DNA of 64,000 nucleotides from Ignavibacteriota bacterium (GCA_963801355.1 CAWDEM010000008.1:320001-384000); one strand, 5' to 3'. Numbered from the stretch's first letter, positions 43,120 through 52,855 are shown. Notes: generated from the sequence alone by a model not told the origin. Numbers and translations are program-made.

Positions 43120-44859
43120 ATGAAACGAAACACGATCTATATCTTGAGCGCGGTTGGTGTCGTTGTTGTCGGCGTTGTTCTGTACCTGCTGCTGCATCGC
43201 CCGGATCTGTCGGGCAGTATTGTTCTCCCCTACATTGCCCATCAGAAACCGGCGGTCGATCCGCACCTGCCCGGGACGACGCCTCTCTCTGACAAGCTGG
43301 ACGAGATCCTGTTTGAAGGGATATTCAATCTGTCGGCAAACCCGAGCGGTATCGTGTACGAAGACGGCCTCGGCGAGCTGGTAGGGGTCGACCAGGACAA
43401 TGTGGTTACCGTGCGCCTTAAGACAGGCCGGAAATGGCATGACAGTTACCAGGTCACTCCGAAGAACGACGACGAATACACCATTGCCCGCACGCGGGAG
43501 CATTTGTTCTCCGCAGCCGATCTCCAGTTCACCATCCGGCGCATCATGACGCTTGGAAGCCTTTCGCCCGACTACATCCTCCTGATTCAGGCGATGGAGG
43601 CACCGGGCTTCGAGGGGCCGAACGAACGGGGTGAAATCCAGTTCCGGTTCCGGAGCAACCGGATCTGGAAGGAGGCCGACATCAAGGAGACCCTCTCGTT
43701 CAAAGTGCTTCCCGAGGGTTCTCCGCTCAACGCACTCAACTACACCATCGGGACGACGCCGTACCTTGCACTCCCGCCCAAAGAAGGCGTCTCGAATTAC
43801 TACAAGACTCCCGACGGCGGGGCATCGATTCCGAGCGTCGTGCTGGCTTCGTTCATCGACAACAGCACATACACCACAGAAATGCGCAACGGATCGATCA
43901 ACGTGCTGCTCGAATCCCCGTTCGGCGCCGTGTCGCCGATCCTGGCCGACAGCGAAGACTTCTTTGCAAAATCCAATATCAGCACCGCCATGTTCGCCGT
44001 TCTCTTCAACACCCAGAAGCTTGACAGAGGTCAGCGTACCGAACTGCGAAAGCTCCTGGACCGGAAGCTCATTGAGGACCGGTTCTTCAAGGTCGGATCA
44101 CCCCAGCAGAGGCACATCAAAGACTACAAGGGGAATGTGGATAACTACGCTGACTATTTGAACCGGAGCGTGTTTCCGAACTCTTCCTATTACGTCGAAG
44201 AGCAGGTGGTCGAGCCCATAGGTGATTCAACCTCCGCCAACATCGCGGTCCTTCCCGACACGGTGCGTATCAAAGCCTGCACGAACTTCGGATTCCGCGA
44301 AGAGTTCACAGATCTGATCCAAATCCTGAACGATCCGACGGTCACGCGCGGGAGGGTGAAAGTGACGGCCGTCGGCAATGAAGAAATTCAGCGAGGGGAT
44401 TACGATGCCGTGCTGGTGGCGTTCACCGGATACCGGAGCAACTTCCTGCTGGACCTCTATGATGTTTTCCTCCGCTATCCCGACTTCCAGACGTACCGGA
44501 TTGCCCTGGAGACTTCAAAGGACAGCAAAGGTACCGAGGTTGCCGCACCGGAGTCATTCCGGAAAGGCTCGAATTTCTGCCAGCTGGACGCCGTGGCAGA
44601 GTCCCCCGACAAGGCCGACATCGCCCTGTTCCTGGACTATCTGTACGGGTTCATGTCGACCCGCAATATCGGCGACAAACAGGAATACGCCCGGCGTATC
44701 GATCAGCTCGAGCACAGTCTGGCGCTCGGCGGGTGGCTCTTCTCCGTGCCGTCGCTCGCGTACTTCAGCACCCAGTTCGACAGCACAAGCATTGACCTGT
44801 ACGGTGTCGCCTCGCAGCTCTCGACGATAAAGAGATGGCGGGAAGCTGCCGGCCGGTGA
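43120..44859 (+). CDS. Divergent family-5 (Opp/Dpp/Nik) solute-binding protein
   Basis: N-terminal TM anchor, PAVDPH...ILFEG, VRLKTGRKWHD...FSAADLQFT and IGTTPY motifs. Confidence 0.65.
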   Translation: MKRNTIYILSAVGVVVVGVVLYLLLHRPDLSGSIVLPYIAHQKPAVDPHLPGTTPLSDKLDEILFEGIFNLSANPSGIVYEDGLGELVGVDQDNVVTVRLKTGRKWHDSYQVTPKNDDEYTIARTREHLFSAADLQFTIRRIMTLGSLSPDYILLIQAMEAPGFEGPNERGEIQFRFRSNRIWKEADIKETLSFKVLPEGSPLNALNYTIGTTPYLALPPKEGVSNYYKTPDGGASIPSVVLASFIDNSTYTTEMRNGSINVLLESPFGAVSPILADSEDFFAKSNISTAMFAVLFNTQKLDRGQRTELRKLLDRKLIEDRFFKVGSPQQRHIKDYKGNVDNYADYLNRSVFPNSSYYVEEQVVEPIGDSTSANIAVLPDTVRIKACTNFGFREEFTDLIQILNDPTVTRGRVKVTAVGNEEIQRGDYDAVLVAFTGYRSNFLLDLYDVFLRYPDFQTYRIALETSKDSKGTEVAAPESFRKGSNFCQLDAVAESPDKADIALFLDYLYGFMSTRNIGDKQEYARRIDQLEHSLALGGWLFSVPSLAYFSTQFDSTSIDLYGVASQLSTIKRWREAAGR

Positions 44860-45737
44860 TCGGGCTACTTCAACGGCGAAGGCCCGCGTTTCTCATCGCG
44901 GGCCTTCTTTTCTTTGCGGGCGTTACGCTGCAGGCGGAGGAGAGGCGGACCGTTCTCCTGGTAGACCGTCCCGACCGCTTCGTGCTCTTCAACAAGTATC
45001 AACAACGCCTGACGACCGGTGAATACAGGGCATTCCCAGCGATCGTGCCCATGGTGGTCATTCGTGAAAACGACAGGCTCGGTGACGGGCTCACGCCATG
45101 CGCCGCTGTGGAAATCGACGGCACGATGTTCTATCTCCAGAAAGACCAGTCCGGGGCCTTCGTCCGGCGCGCCGGCGGAGGATCGATCACGTTTGTCCGG
45201 GGAGCGCTCATGCTGGGGGATACCGTAGCCCTTCTTCAGGGCAGGGCTCTCCAGATGAAAGGTGCAGGCGACGAACGGGATGTGACAGTTGCTTCCGGCT
45301 CACGTGCAGCGAGGCTCTTCGAGGCCGATGGACGCACGTTCGTGCGGCTACTGCCATCCGGAACGCCCGCCGGCTGGCTGGTGCTGCCATCCGCAACGCG
45401 CTTGGAGGAATGGAAGACCGTGGAGTCTTCGAACGCGCAGAACGAGTCGGCTGAGCGTGTCGGGCGCAGGCTCTCACCGATCGTTGCTGATGCCAATCGG
45501 ACCCTGCAGTCCGTGTACCGGCATCTGGCCGCAGAAGCGGGGGAGGACAAAAGACCACCCGCGTTCCGTCTTCGCGAAGCCGATAACGAGATCCGCTGCA
45601 CCATCGAGCCGCAATCGCTCAGCAGTGCGTTTGCCGGGAGCCTGAGGGAACTCCTCCCGGAATTTGAACGCGCGCTCCGTGGAACAGGACTTCGCCCGTC
45701 ACTCGAGGGAGGTGTAATTGTCGTCCCCCTCCGGTGA
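44856..45737 (+). CDS. Hypothetical exported protein
   Basis: GTG overlapping upstream TGA, signal-like hydrophobic segment, operonic overlap on both sides. Confidence 0.65.
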   Translation: MIGLLQRRRPAFLIAGLLFFAGVTLQAEERRTVLLVDRPDRFVLFNKYQQRLTTGEYRAFPAIVPMVVIRENDRLGDGLTPCAAVEIDGTMFYLQKDQSGAFVRRAGGGSITFVRGALMLGDTVALLQGRALQMKGAGDERDVTVASGSRAARLFEADGRTFVRLLPSGTPAGWLVLPSATRLEEWKTVESSNAQNESAERVGRRLSPIVADANRTLQSVYRHLAAEAGEDKRPPAFRLREADNEIRCTIEPQSLSSAFAGSLRELLPEFERALRGTGLRPSLEGGVIVVPLR

Positions 45738-46860
45738 TCCCGCCATCCGGCCGCTCCGCCGCATTATTCTGGAACACCTTTCTGCCGTGTTCGTGGTCGG
45801 CATAGTGCTGTTCTTTCTCGCCATCGTGCTGATGCAGAGTCAACGGGAAGCGGAACGGCTCCCGGACGCGCGGCTGTCGCAGTATCTGGGCATAAGTGAG
45901 CTCGATTGGAGCCGTGCGCTCCATAAGGAATTGTTCCGCGATTCCTACCGGTTGCTGCATCCCGGCAGCGAGGAGTCCGTGGATTCCCTCATGCGCGCAA
46001 TTGAGGAGGCGCGTATCATAGAGCTGACCGACCCGTCGCGCAAGGTGGGAGGCGGGCGAAAAACCCTGACATGGGGCACCACCGCCGGCCTGCTCCCGAT
46101 GTACGCGGTCTTTGTCTTTGTGTTCCTCACTGTGCTGTTGCTTACGTATGCGGTGGCGCGGGCAATGGCCATCCGGAAGTTTATCCTCGCCAAACAGGGA
46201 CGTTCCTCCTACCTGTGGCGCTATGTGGTCGCCGTACGAACGGGAGGGGCACTGGCGGCCGTCCTGCGGATAGGTTTGCTTGTGAAGGCCGCGGCGCTGG
46301 GTATTGCGGCGCTTGTGCTCTTCTCACCGGCGTACGTCGTTGCCTACTCACTGCGCACACGGCTGGACACAGAGAACGTGTTGTTCCTCATACTTCTTGC
46401 TGTCGTTACCAACGGTGTCCTCGTGCACTATGCAAGCCGTCTGTATGCGTTGCTGGTGACGGAGAGCCGGAAAGGTTACGTCGACACGGCCCTGGTCAAA
46501 GGCGTCCGGGGGAGTTATGAATGGCATCGCAGCGGCGGCCTCCCGCGTACAGTAATTTTCACCCCACTGTCCATTGCGAAAGGGCATGTCTTCCACGAAA
46601 TCTACAGGAATGCACGACTCCAATTCATACCCTCGATGAAAGAGCATGTGACATTCATCGTGACCGGACTCGTCATTATTGAGATGGCGCTCAACATCAA
46701 GGGGCATCTCTGCTATGCACTTCTGCAGCACATGCTGTTCCGGGAATACGACATCGCCATTGCCATTGTGTTTCTGATTTTCGTCGCCGTCAAAGTCGTT
46801 GAAGCATGCATTGATATCTGGCACTCCTTTGAGCTCCGGAAATACGACAATGAAGCGTGA
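45718..46860 (+). CDS. Divergent ABC permease (OppB-like)
   Basis: Multi-TM; EAA-loop-like KGYVDTALVKG; C-terminal VIIEMALNIKG...REYD. Confidence 0.65.
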   Translation: MSSPSGDPAIRPLRRIILEHLSAVFVVGIVLFFLAIVLMQSQREAERLPDARLSQYLGISELDWSRALHKELFRDSYRLLHPGSEESVDSLMRAIEEARIIELTDPSRKVGGGRKTLTWGTTAGLLPMYAVFVFVFLTVLLLTYAVARAMAIRKFILAKQGRSSYLWRYVVAVRTGGALAAVLRIGLLVKAAALGIAALVLFSPAYVVAYSLRTRLDTENVLFLILLAVVTNGVLVHYASRLYALLVTESRKGYVDTALVKGVRGSYEWHRSGGLPRTVIFTPLSIAKGHVFHEIYRNARLQFIPSMKEHVTFIVTGLVIIEMALNIKGHLCYALLQHMLFREYDIAIAIVFLIFVAVKVVEACIDIWHSFELRKYDNEA

Positions 46861-47698
46861 GGAGAGAAAAGACATACGCTGGGCTCTGCTCTGGGCGGGG
46901 GGGCTGTTCGTCGTGGGTGTGTGGCTTCTGCTCTTTCTGAACACACCGGCGCGGGTGCGGATCCAGACCGCTTTTTTGAATACACTGTTTGGGGCCCTTG
47001 TGGCCGTCATCGTCGCGTTGTTTCTCGGCTGGGGGACTGCGTTGGGTCTGCACGCACTTGAGAGAGGAGGGAAACGCGTTGCGTACCTGGCCGGAACCTT
47101 TGTGCTAAACCTTTTCCGCTCCATACCTCAAATGGTGGGAATGCTGGTCGGCTACGCTATTATTACGACGCTCATCCTCCGCGGAAATCTCCCCTCTCCG
47201 CTTGTGCAGATCCTCTTCACGTCGCTGATTACGGCGCTCTTTGTCTTCCAGGAAGTCGTGGACCTGATCCGCGATCGCGTGAGGCATTACGAACAGCTGG
47301 AGTTTGTGAATGCGCTGCTGGTGTGCGGCGTCCCACCGAGGGTCATCATCAACAGGGAGATATTGCTCAAAAACAGTCTCGCGCATCTGATCCAGAAATC
47401 CGTCTCGCTCTTCGGCCGCGCGATCTTCCTCATCTGCAGCATCGATTTCATCATCTCCGTCGGACTCTCCACGGAGGTGAATCTGGTCAATCTTCCCACA
47501 ACCCTCGGCAGCATGCTTGCGAACCTGGACAGCAAGCAGGATATTCTTGTAATCGGAAGCGTTTTTACGGATCCCGGAATGTTCGGGTCGCTTTTCTTCG
47601 AACATCTCCAGGGCGTAAGTGTTGCATTCCTCATTGTGTATTCCCTGCTCTGCATCCACCGGATGGCCGGCGGCATCATGGAGCGCTACCGCTTATGA
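46850..47698 (+). CDS. Divergent ABC permease (OppC-like)
   Basis: FRSIPQ, EFVNALLVCGVPPRVIINREIL and PTTLGSML motifs. Confidence 0.65.
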   Translation: MKREERKDIRWALLWAGGLFVVGVWLLLFLNTPARVRIQTAFLNTLFGALVAVIVALFLGWGTALGLHALERGGKRVAYLAGTFVLNLFRSIPQMVGMLVGYAIITTLILRGNLPSPLVQILFTSLITALFVFQEVVDLIRDRVRHYEQLEFVNALLVCGVPPRVIINREILLKNSLAHLIQKSVSLFGRAIFLICSIDFIISVGLSTEVNLVNLPTTLGSMLANLDSKQDILVIGSVFTDPGMFGSLFFEHLQGVSVAFLIVYSLLCIHRMAGGIMERYRL

Positions 47699-49179
47699 AC
47701 GGACGACGCTTCGACATACTCGTGAAGGTGAGTGACCGCGTGCTCGTGGACGCGCGGAGTGTGCCTCTGGTGAAGAACGGCATCACGTTAATGTTCGGCG
47801 AGTCGGGGATAGGGAAGTCGCTGGCGGGGAAGGCGTTGTTCGGCCTGCTGGGCGAGGACGAGTACAGCGTCGTGATCAATGGTGAGACCTACCGTGATTA
47901 TTGCGCACGGCCCGAAATCGCATCTGCCAGGCAGAACGGTTTCTTCATGTTTCAGGAGCCGTCGTCGCATCTCAACCCGCTTCAGACGGTAGAGGAGCAG
48001 TTATGCGAAGGCACGCTCGCGGAGGCGCATGATCCCATCGCTCCCGTGCGCGAACTGTGGAAGGCGGACGACAGTGAGACGCTGACGGGCATCCTGCCGG
48101 TCTTTCCAAAGCCTTACCGTCCGAGCGGCGGTGAAAAACAGCGACTTCTGGGAGGGATGGCGTTCGCAAAGATGGATGCCGGGGCTGAACAGGAACTGGC
48201 CGACCACGGGCTGTTCGTTTTTGATGAACCTACCGGAAGTCTGGACAGGGAGGCCCGTGACCGTTTTCTTGACCGGCTGTTCGCGCGGTACCGCCGGCGC
48301 AAGGAAACGATCCTTCTGATCACGCATGATTACGGCATTATTGGATACGTCCAGGCGTTTCACGGGGACCTCTTTCCTCCTACGACCTTCTGTGAATTGC
48401 AGCTTGTCGGAGGTATTGCGCAGGCCCGGGCATTCGAGCCGCAGCTTTTCATAGAGTGGCTCCGGAACCAGCGTCCGCAGGAAGTGCCGGTAGTTCTGAG
48501 ACCTCTGTTGCGCGTCAAGAGCGGAGTCAGGATCTTTGGCAGGACACTGAACTTTTCCACGCCCGGACGCGATCGTGAAGATACGGATCTCGTCGTGAAC
48601 GCGGGAGAACTCGTCTATCTCAAGGCGGCCAGCGGTGTCGGAAAGACGACTGTTGCGAAGATCGTGATCGGGTTGCAGCGTGCGGAACAGGTGGGCATGG
48701 AGTTCGATGGTGAGGAATTCAGCGAGACGACGCCCTTCCGGCGATGGCAGAGGATATTGTGGGGAAAGGGAATGACCATGGCATTCCAGCACGCGGACGA
48801 GGCGTTGAATCCGCACGCAAGTGTCGAGGAAACGCTCCGCTTGCTGCCGGTTCCCGCACTGCGGAGCGGCGAAGCTGTGGTGGAAGTGCTGGGAAGGCTT
48901 TTTGATGCGGAAGAGATACCCCGGTTACGGGGCCGCAAGGTGTGGCAGTTGAGCGGGGGTCAGAAGCAGAGGCTGAATCTTCTGCGCGCGTTTGCCCTTT
49001 CCACGCCGCTCATCATCCTTGATGAACCACTGAGCGCGCTCGATTTCGAAAGCATCGATCGCGTACTGGCGTTGATGCGTGAGGCTCAGCGGCGCGGACA
49101 GGCGATTCTGCTGATCTCGCACAACGAGGATATCTTTGACGCAGTGGTGCCATCGGGGAGCGTGTACCTGCTCCGCTGA
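47695..49179 (+). CDS. Fused double-NBD ABC ATPase (OppD/F-like)
   Basis: GESGIGKS/FQEP/PSGGEKQR/FDEPT/ITHD and ASGVGKT/FQHA/LSGGQKQR/LDEP/ISHN. Confidence 0.85.
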   Translation: MNGRRFDILVKVSDRVLVDARSVPLVKNGITLMFGESGIGKSLAGKALFGLLGEDEYSVVINGETYRDYCARPEIASARQNGFFMFQEPSSHLNPLQTVEEQLCEGTLAEAHDPIAPVRELWKADDSETLTGILPVFPKPYRPSGGEKQRLLGGMAFAKMDAGAEQELADHGLFVFDEPTGSLDREARDRFLDRLFARYRRRKETILLITHDYGIIGYVQAFHGDLFPPTTFCELQLVGGIAQARAFEPQLFIEWLRNQRPQEVPVVLRPLLRVKSGVRIFGRTLNFSTPGRDREDTDLVVNAGELVYLKAASGVGKTTVAKIVIGLQRAEQVGMEFDGEEFSETTPFRRWQRILWGKGMTMAFQHADEALNPHASVEETLRLLPVPALRSGEAVVEVLGRLFDAEEIPRLRGRKVWQLSGGQKQRLNLLRAFALSTPLIILDEPLSALDFESIDRVLALMREAQRRGQAILLISHNEDIFDAVVPSGSVYLLR

Positions 49180-49194
49180 CCGGCTGATCCGGAA

Positions 49195-49818
49195 TTACTT
49201 CCCCCGGAATTCCGTGTCGATGATAGTGATCTCTCCAGGGTAGGTCAGGGGACCGAAATCGGTCTTGATTGTTGGAGTGGCACGGAGCGCGACCCGGCTC
49301 GCGGAACCCTGTGATCCTCCGAGCGCGAGTGCGAGGTTGAGGATCTTGTCGTACCCCTTGTCCTTGAAGAACTTCAGAAGATCAAGGTTCATCCTGAGGG
49401 GGATGATTGTCTGTTGACCGGTACCCGGGATCGTGATTGGTTCGGCGATATCGCCGGATATCGTCGGAGTATCATCGATGAGCAGCTTCCAGGCGAAACT
49501 GGTCATAGTCGCGGCTGACTTGCTTGTCCCTCCCGTTCCGTCATTTGGATTGAGCGCTGCGACGTTGAGTGTGAATGTCGCAGGCAGCTCTCCCCGTGAA
49601 AAGCTGGCTACAACTCTTGCCGCATCGACAACTCCCAGACTCGTCTTCCCCGTCAGCGACACACCTGCCAGTTGAAAGTTGCCTATGCCGTCCAGTTTGA
49701 AGGAACATCTGGTAAGATTGGTCATCACATTCGCCATGTCCTGGAGGACACTGCAGGATGGTACAAGCAGGGCGAGCAACACACAGATGGGCAATGCGGT
49801 TCTGGTGAGGAGTTTCAT
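49195..49818 (-). CDS. Lipoprotein, LEA_2/WHy-like fold
   Basis: Lipobox VPSC; LNVAALNPN...FAWKLLIDD...ITIPG pattern. Confidence 0.6.
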   Translation of the reverse strand: MKLLTRTALPICVLLALLVPSCSVLQDMANVMTNLTRCSFKLDGIGNFQLAGVSLTGKTSLGVVDAARVVASFSRGELPATFTLNVAALNPNDGTGGTSKSAATMTSFAWKLLIDDTPTISGDIAEPITIPGTGQQTIIPLRMNLDLLKFFKDKGYDKILNLALALGGSQGSASRVALRATPTIKTDFGPLTYPGEITIIDTEFRGK

Positions 49819-49839
49819 GGTAGTATCCTTCCCTTGCTG

Positions 49840-51075
49840 TTAGCGAGTCATCCTCGCGGTGACATCTTTCGCTGCATCCTTGTGCATCATTGCAGCGAGC
49901 ATCTTCAGTTTAACGTAATCTTCGTGAAAGAAATAGTAACCCGGGTGGCTGTTGTTGCGTGCGCCGCTTCCGGAGTCTTTTATGAGGAACCAGTCTTTCT
50001 CCTGGTCCGGCAGAAATCCGACGATGTGGATCACGTGATCGTCGCCTGTCGTGCCGTTCCGGAACCGGAAATTACGGGCAGAGTCGTCGATGTACGCCGA
50101 TGGGATATCGAACGTCGGCACAATAGCCACTCCCGCGTGACCTTCCAGGCCGGGCTCCGATGTGTCGCCCCCGATCGCAACCGAGAATCCCTTCCGGACA
50201 GCATTCTTTATCGTCGATATGAACAGGTCCAGCGGGACGTTGCAGTAATCCTTGTCGTGCCACCAGTTGTCGGGTACCTCAAGTTCCACCCGGGTGAAGT
50301 ACGGCTTTTCCAGGAATGATACGACATTGACATAGTCGTCCGGATTGATGCGCACCACATTTTCAAAATACTCGCGCGGCGTCATCGACTTCCCGTCAGC
50401 GGATACACGCTCCGGCGGCATACCGATGTGGTGATTCATGATTGCGCGGATGGTAGACACGACTGCATCTTCATCCCACGCACCGTCCTCTTTCACAGTC
50501 TTCAGGTAGTGCTGCATTTCAGCAAACATCGGATCGTGGTCGTGAACGGGCCGGTCTCCAACGAGCCCGGTGTACGCTTCCGCCGGCACTATGCCGTAGT
50601 TCTTCCAGATTCGCAGTACTGCATTGGCTTCTGAGCCCTGTCCGAACGCGGAATTGCCCCGCTCCTGTACGAACCGTCTGGCCTTTTCGACATACTCCCA
50701 ATAGACAGTGAAGACCTCGGAGAGCTTGATCTTCCGTCCGGTTTGCCGGGCGATCTCGGATTCGAAGAAAGAAGTCCCCGAAAAACACCAGCACATGCCG
50801 GAAAAGGCCTGGGAGACCGGAGAGAAATGCCAGGACTGGGTGAACTCCGACGTGCTCGAGGGATGCCGCAGCATGGAGAAGTCCACGCCCAGCTTTCTGG
50901 TCGTCTCTTTTGGCGTCTTCTGGAAACGGGGATTAAGGGATTTCAGAGAATCGAAGAATTCATTCTTCGGGACGACCATTATCGCTTTGTCGCGTCTGGC
51001 ATCCTGTGCAAAGGCAGGAATGACAAAGAGCGTGACAAAAATTGCCACGAGTGCGGATATGCACGATGTTTTCAT
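49840..51075 (-). CDS. Exported C1-family cysteine (amino)peptidase
   Basis: QAFSGMCWCFS (catalytic Cys), DDHVIHIVG (His), IKDSG; signal peptide. Confidence 0.85.
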   Translation of the reverse strand: MKTSCISALVAIFVTLFVIPAFAQDARRDKAIMVVPKNEFFDSLKSLNPRFQKTPKETTRKLGVDFSMLRHPSSTSEFTQSWHFSPVSQAFSGMCWCFSGTSFFESEIARQTGRKIKLSEVFTVYWEYVEKARRFVQERGNSAFGQGSEANAVLRIWKNYGIVPAEAYTGLVGDRPVHDHDPMFAEMQHYLKTVKEDGAWDEDAVVSTIRAIMNHHIGMPPERVSADGKSMTPREYFENVVRINPDDYVNVVSFLEKPYFTRVELEVPDNWWHDKDYCNVPLDLFISTIKNAVRKGFSVAIGGDTSEPGLEGHAGVAIVPTFDIPSAYIDDSARNFRFRNGTTGDDHVIHIVGFLPDQEKDWFLIKDSGSGARNNSHPGYYFFHEDYVKLKMLAAMMHKDAAKDVTARMTR

Positions 51076-51168
51076 GGGGAGACCGTTGACGATGGAGGAG
51101 TGTTCGGTTTGTATACCGTCTGGGCTAGCGTCAAAGACGGAAATCAGGGGGAAAGAGTCAACCTCATA

Positions 51169-51262
51169 CTCAAATGCCTGTCCAAATGCCTCTGCTCAAA
51201 TGCCTGCCCAAAGCTTGCTTGCCAGCTAGCTAGTTGACAAAGCGCTTCAGCGCGAGTATATT
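51169..51262 (+). promoter_or_regulatory. Direct repeats plus sigma70 promoter
   Basis: CAAATGCCT at 51171, 51183, 51197; TTGACA(51234)-N17-TATATT(51257). Confidence 0.6.
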
Positions 51263-51345
51263 GCTGCGTCATGGGGGCACATGAGGGACCATCAAGACCT
51301 CACGAATGGTGTCTGTCTTTGTTGTCCACATCAAAAGGAGCGACG

Positions 51346-51780
51346 ATGAAGGCGATCAGCGTGGTTGTTGTTATCGTGGCAGTCGTATCCGTCGTTATGG
51401 CCGGGTGCGCGTCATTGAGCGACGTTCTTGAGAGCAAGGAAGAGGGAACCGTCGAGGTTTATGCGGTCGATCAAAACCGGGCCTGGGAAATCGCAATGAC
51501 CGTGTTGCGATGGGAAGATGCGGAAACCATAGAGGAGCACCGCTCGGAAAACTACATGCTGACCACCGTGGGCGCGGACTTCGTCTCAGCGGGCAGTGTC
51601 GTTGGCGTGTGGGTGGAACCGGCAAAGAAGGGGAGCAGCAAGGTAACGGTTGTGACAAAGCGGAAAATGCAGACGAATATAGCGACGGGCTTGACGGAAA
51701 CGACCTTTCACGAGCGGTTTGCCCAGGCGGTGAAGATTGTCAAATCCGGTAAGTCGCTGCCAAGGAAAGCCCCCAACTGA
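51346..51780 (+). CDS. Hypothetical lipoprotein
   Basis: AAGGAG RBS, lipobox MAGC. Confidence 0.75.
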   Translation: MKAISVVVVIVAVVSVVMAGCASLSDVLESKEEGTVEVYAVDQNRAWEIAMTVLRWEDAETIEEHRSENYMLTTVGADFVSAGSVVGVWVEPAKKGSSKVTVVTKRKMQTNIATGLTETTFHERFAQAVKIVKSGKSLPRKAPN

Positions 51781-51838
51781 CAGCGTATCTCGTGTATCAG
51801 GGAGTGTTCGTGATCTTCAAACGGTGAAGGTCACTTGA

Positions 51839-51950
51839 GAAAATAAAATGCCGGACAGCCACACCCACTGTGGTTTGTGTCCGGCATTCGCATTGTTTAT
51901 TCGCTCCCCGAAGCGGGGATTTGAAACCACACGATTGGTGGATGTGGCAC
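51839..51950 (-). ncRNA. Candidate structured small RNA/attenuator
   Basis: Minus-strand TTGACA-N18-TATCTT promoter (51984-51955), internal hairpin, 11-bp terminator stem plus U-tract, alternative 19-bp helix. Confidence 0.5.
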
Positions 51951-52001
51951 ATGGAAGATAATACCGTCGCCCCGGGTTTGTCAAGGGAAAAGTGCGTCTG
52001 T

Positions 52002-52030
52002 TTGACAATACCTGAATATCTGCATACGTT
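52002..52030 (+). promoter_or_regulatory. Sigma70-type promoter, back-to-back with the ncRNA promoter
   Basis: TTGACA-N17-TACGTT. Confidence 0.5.
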
Positions 52031-52128
52031 CAGTCTAGAACCAGGGCGGGGGAAGGAAGGATCTGTCTTGGAAGTCTCGAACGAACTCACCTGGTGCAGG
52101 GTCGCCAGGAGTTGACAAGGGAGAAATC

Positions 52129-52353
52129 ATGAGCAGACACTCACAAGGGTCCACCGTTCTCGCCAAAAACTTTCCGAGCCGGGCACTAGCTGAAGCCGGT
52201 CAGGCGTTCCTGCAAAGCAACAATATCGAATCGATTCTCCAGGGCTCCGACATCGCCGGCACGGGAATGCCGCAAGGTTTTGACCTCTATGTGCAGGCAG
52301 AGAATGTCGAGACTGCGCGGAAGTTGCTCGAAAGACTGTATGACGGAATCTGA
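52129..52353 (+). CDS. DUF2007 (putative signal-transducing) protein
   Basis: AEAGQAFLQSNNIES...LYVQAENVETARKLL pattern; GGGAG RBS. Confidence 0.75.
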   Translation: MSRHSQGSTVLAKNFPSRALAEAGQAFLQSNNIESILQGSDIAGTGMPQGFDLYVQAENVETARKLLERLYDGI

Positions 52354-52407
52354 GGGGCCGGGACGATGACTCGCCTCGCGAATGCAGTGTCCGTGAGAGA
52401 CGACCAA

Positions 52408-52593
52408 TTACAGAAAGAGATCCTCAAATTGCTGTTCCGGGATATCGACCGGAAAGGCACCGAAATTCTTTGAAGCGGCATCTTTCGGGCGCGGCTCAGC
52501 GAAGCGCAACGAGAGTATCTGCTTGCGCATGTGTTTGATCAGCAGGAAGCTACCCACGGCTCCCACGATGAGAGGTATCCACACGTTTTTCAT
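52408..52593 (-). CDS. Small single-TM hypothetical protein
   Basis: GGGAGAG RBS, N-terminal hydrophobic helix, 61 aa. Confidence 0.55.
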   Translation of the reverse strand: MKNVWIPLIVGAVGSFLLIKHMRKQILSLRFAEPRPKDAASKNFGAFPVDIPEQQFEDLFL

Positions 52594-52855
52594 AGTTTCT
52601 CTCCCTTGTCACCTATGACCTTACGAAATCAGCGCCCAATCGTCAATCGGGCATCATCCGTATCTTCTGCCTACGGTGAACGCTCTAGAGTGACTGTGGG
52701 GGAAATAACCGGCCCCTTCCTTGCCTTTCAACATGACCTGGTGTACATTTTGGCCATATGCAGATCGGACTATTGTCAGAGAGAGGAAAATGATGCCTCA
52801 TAACTGGTCGGCAATTCTGGATTGGAGCGTCTCCGTGATCGCAGCAGACGCGGCC

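Noticed and set aside
47323-47694. 124-aa N-terminal extension of the ABC ATPase
   Set aside because: Overlaps the permease in another frame; the ATGA-coupled start at 47695 is more plausible
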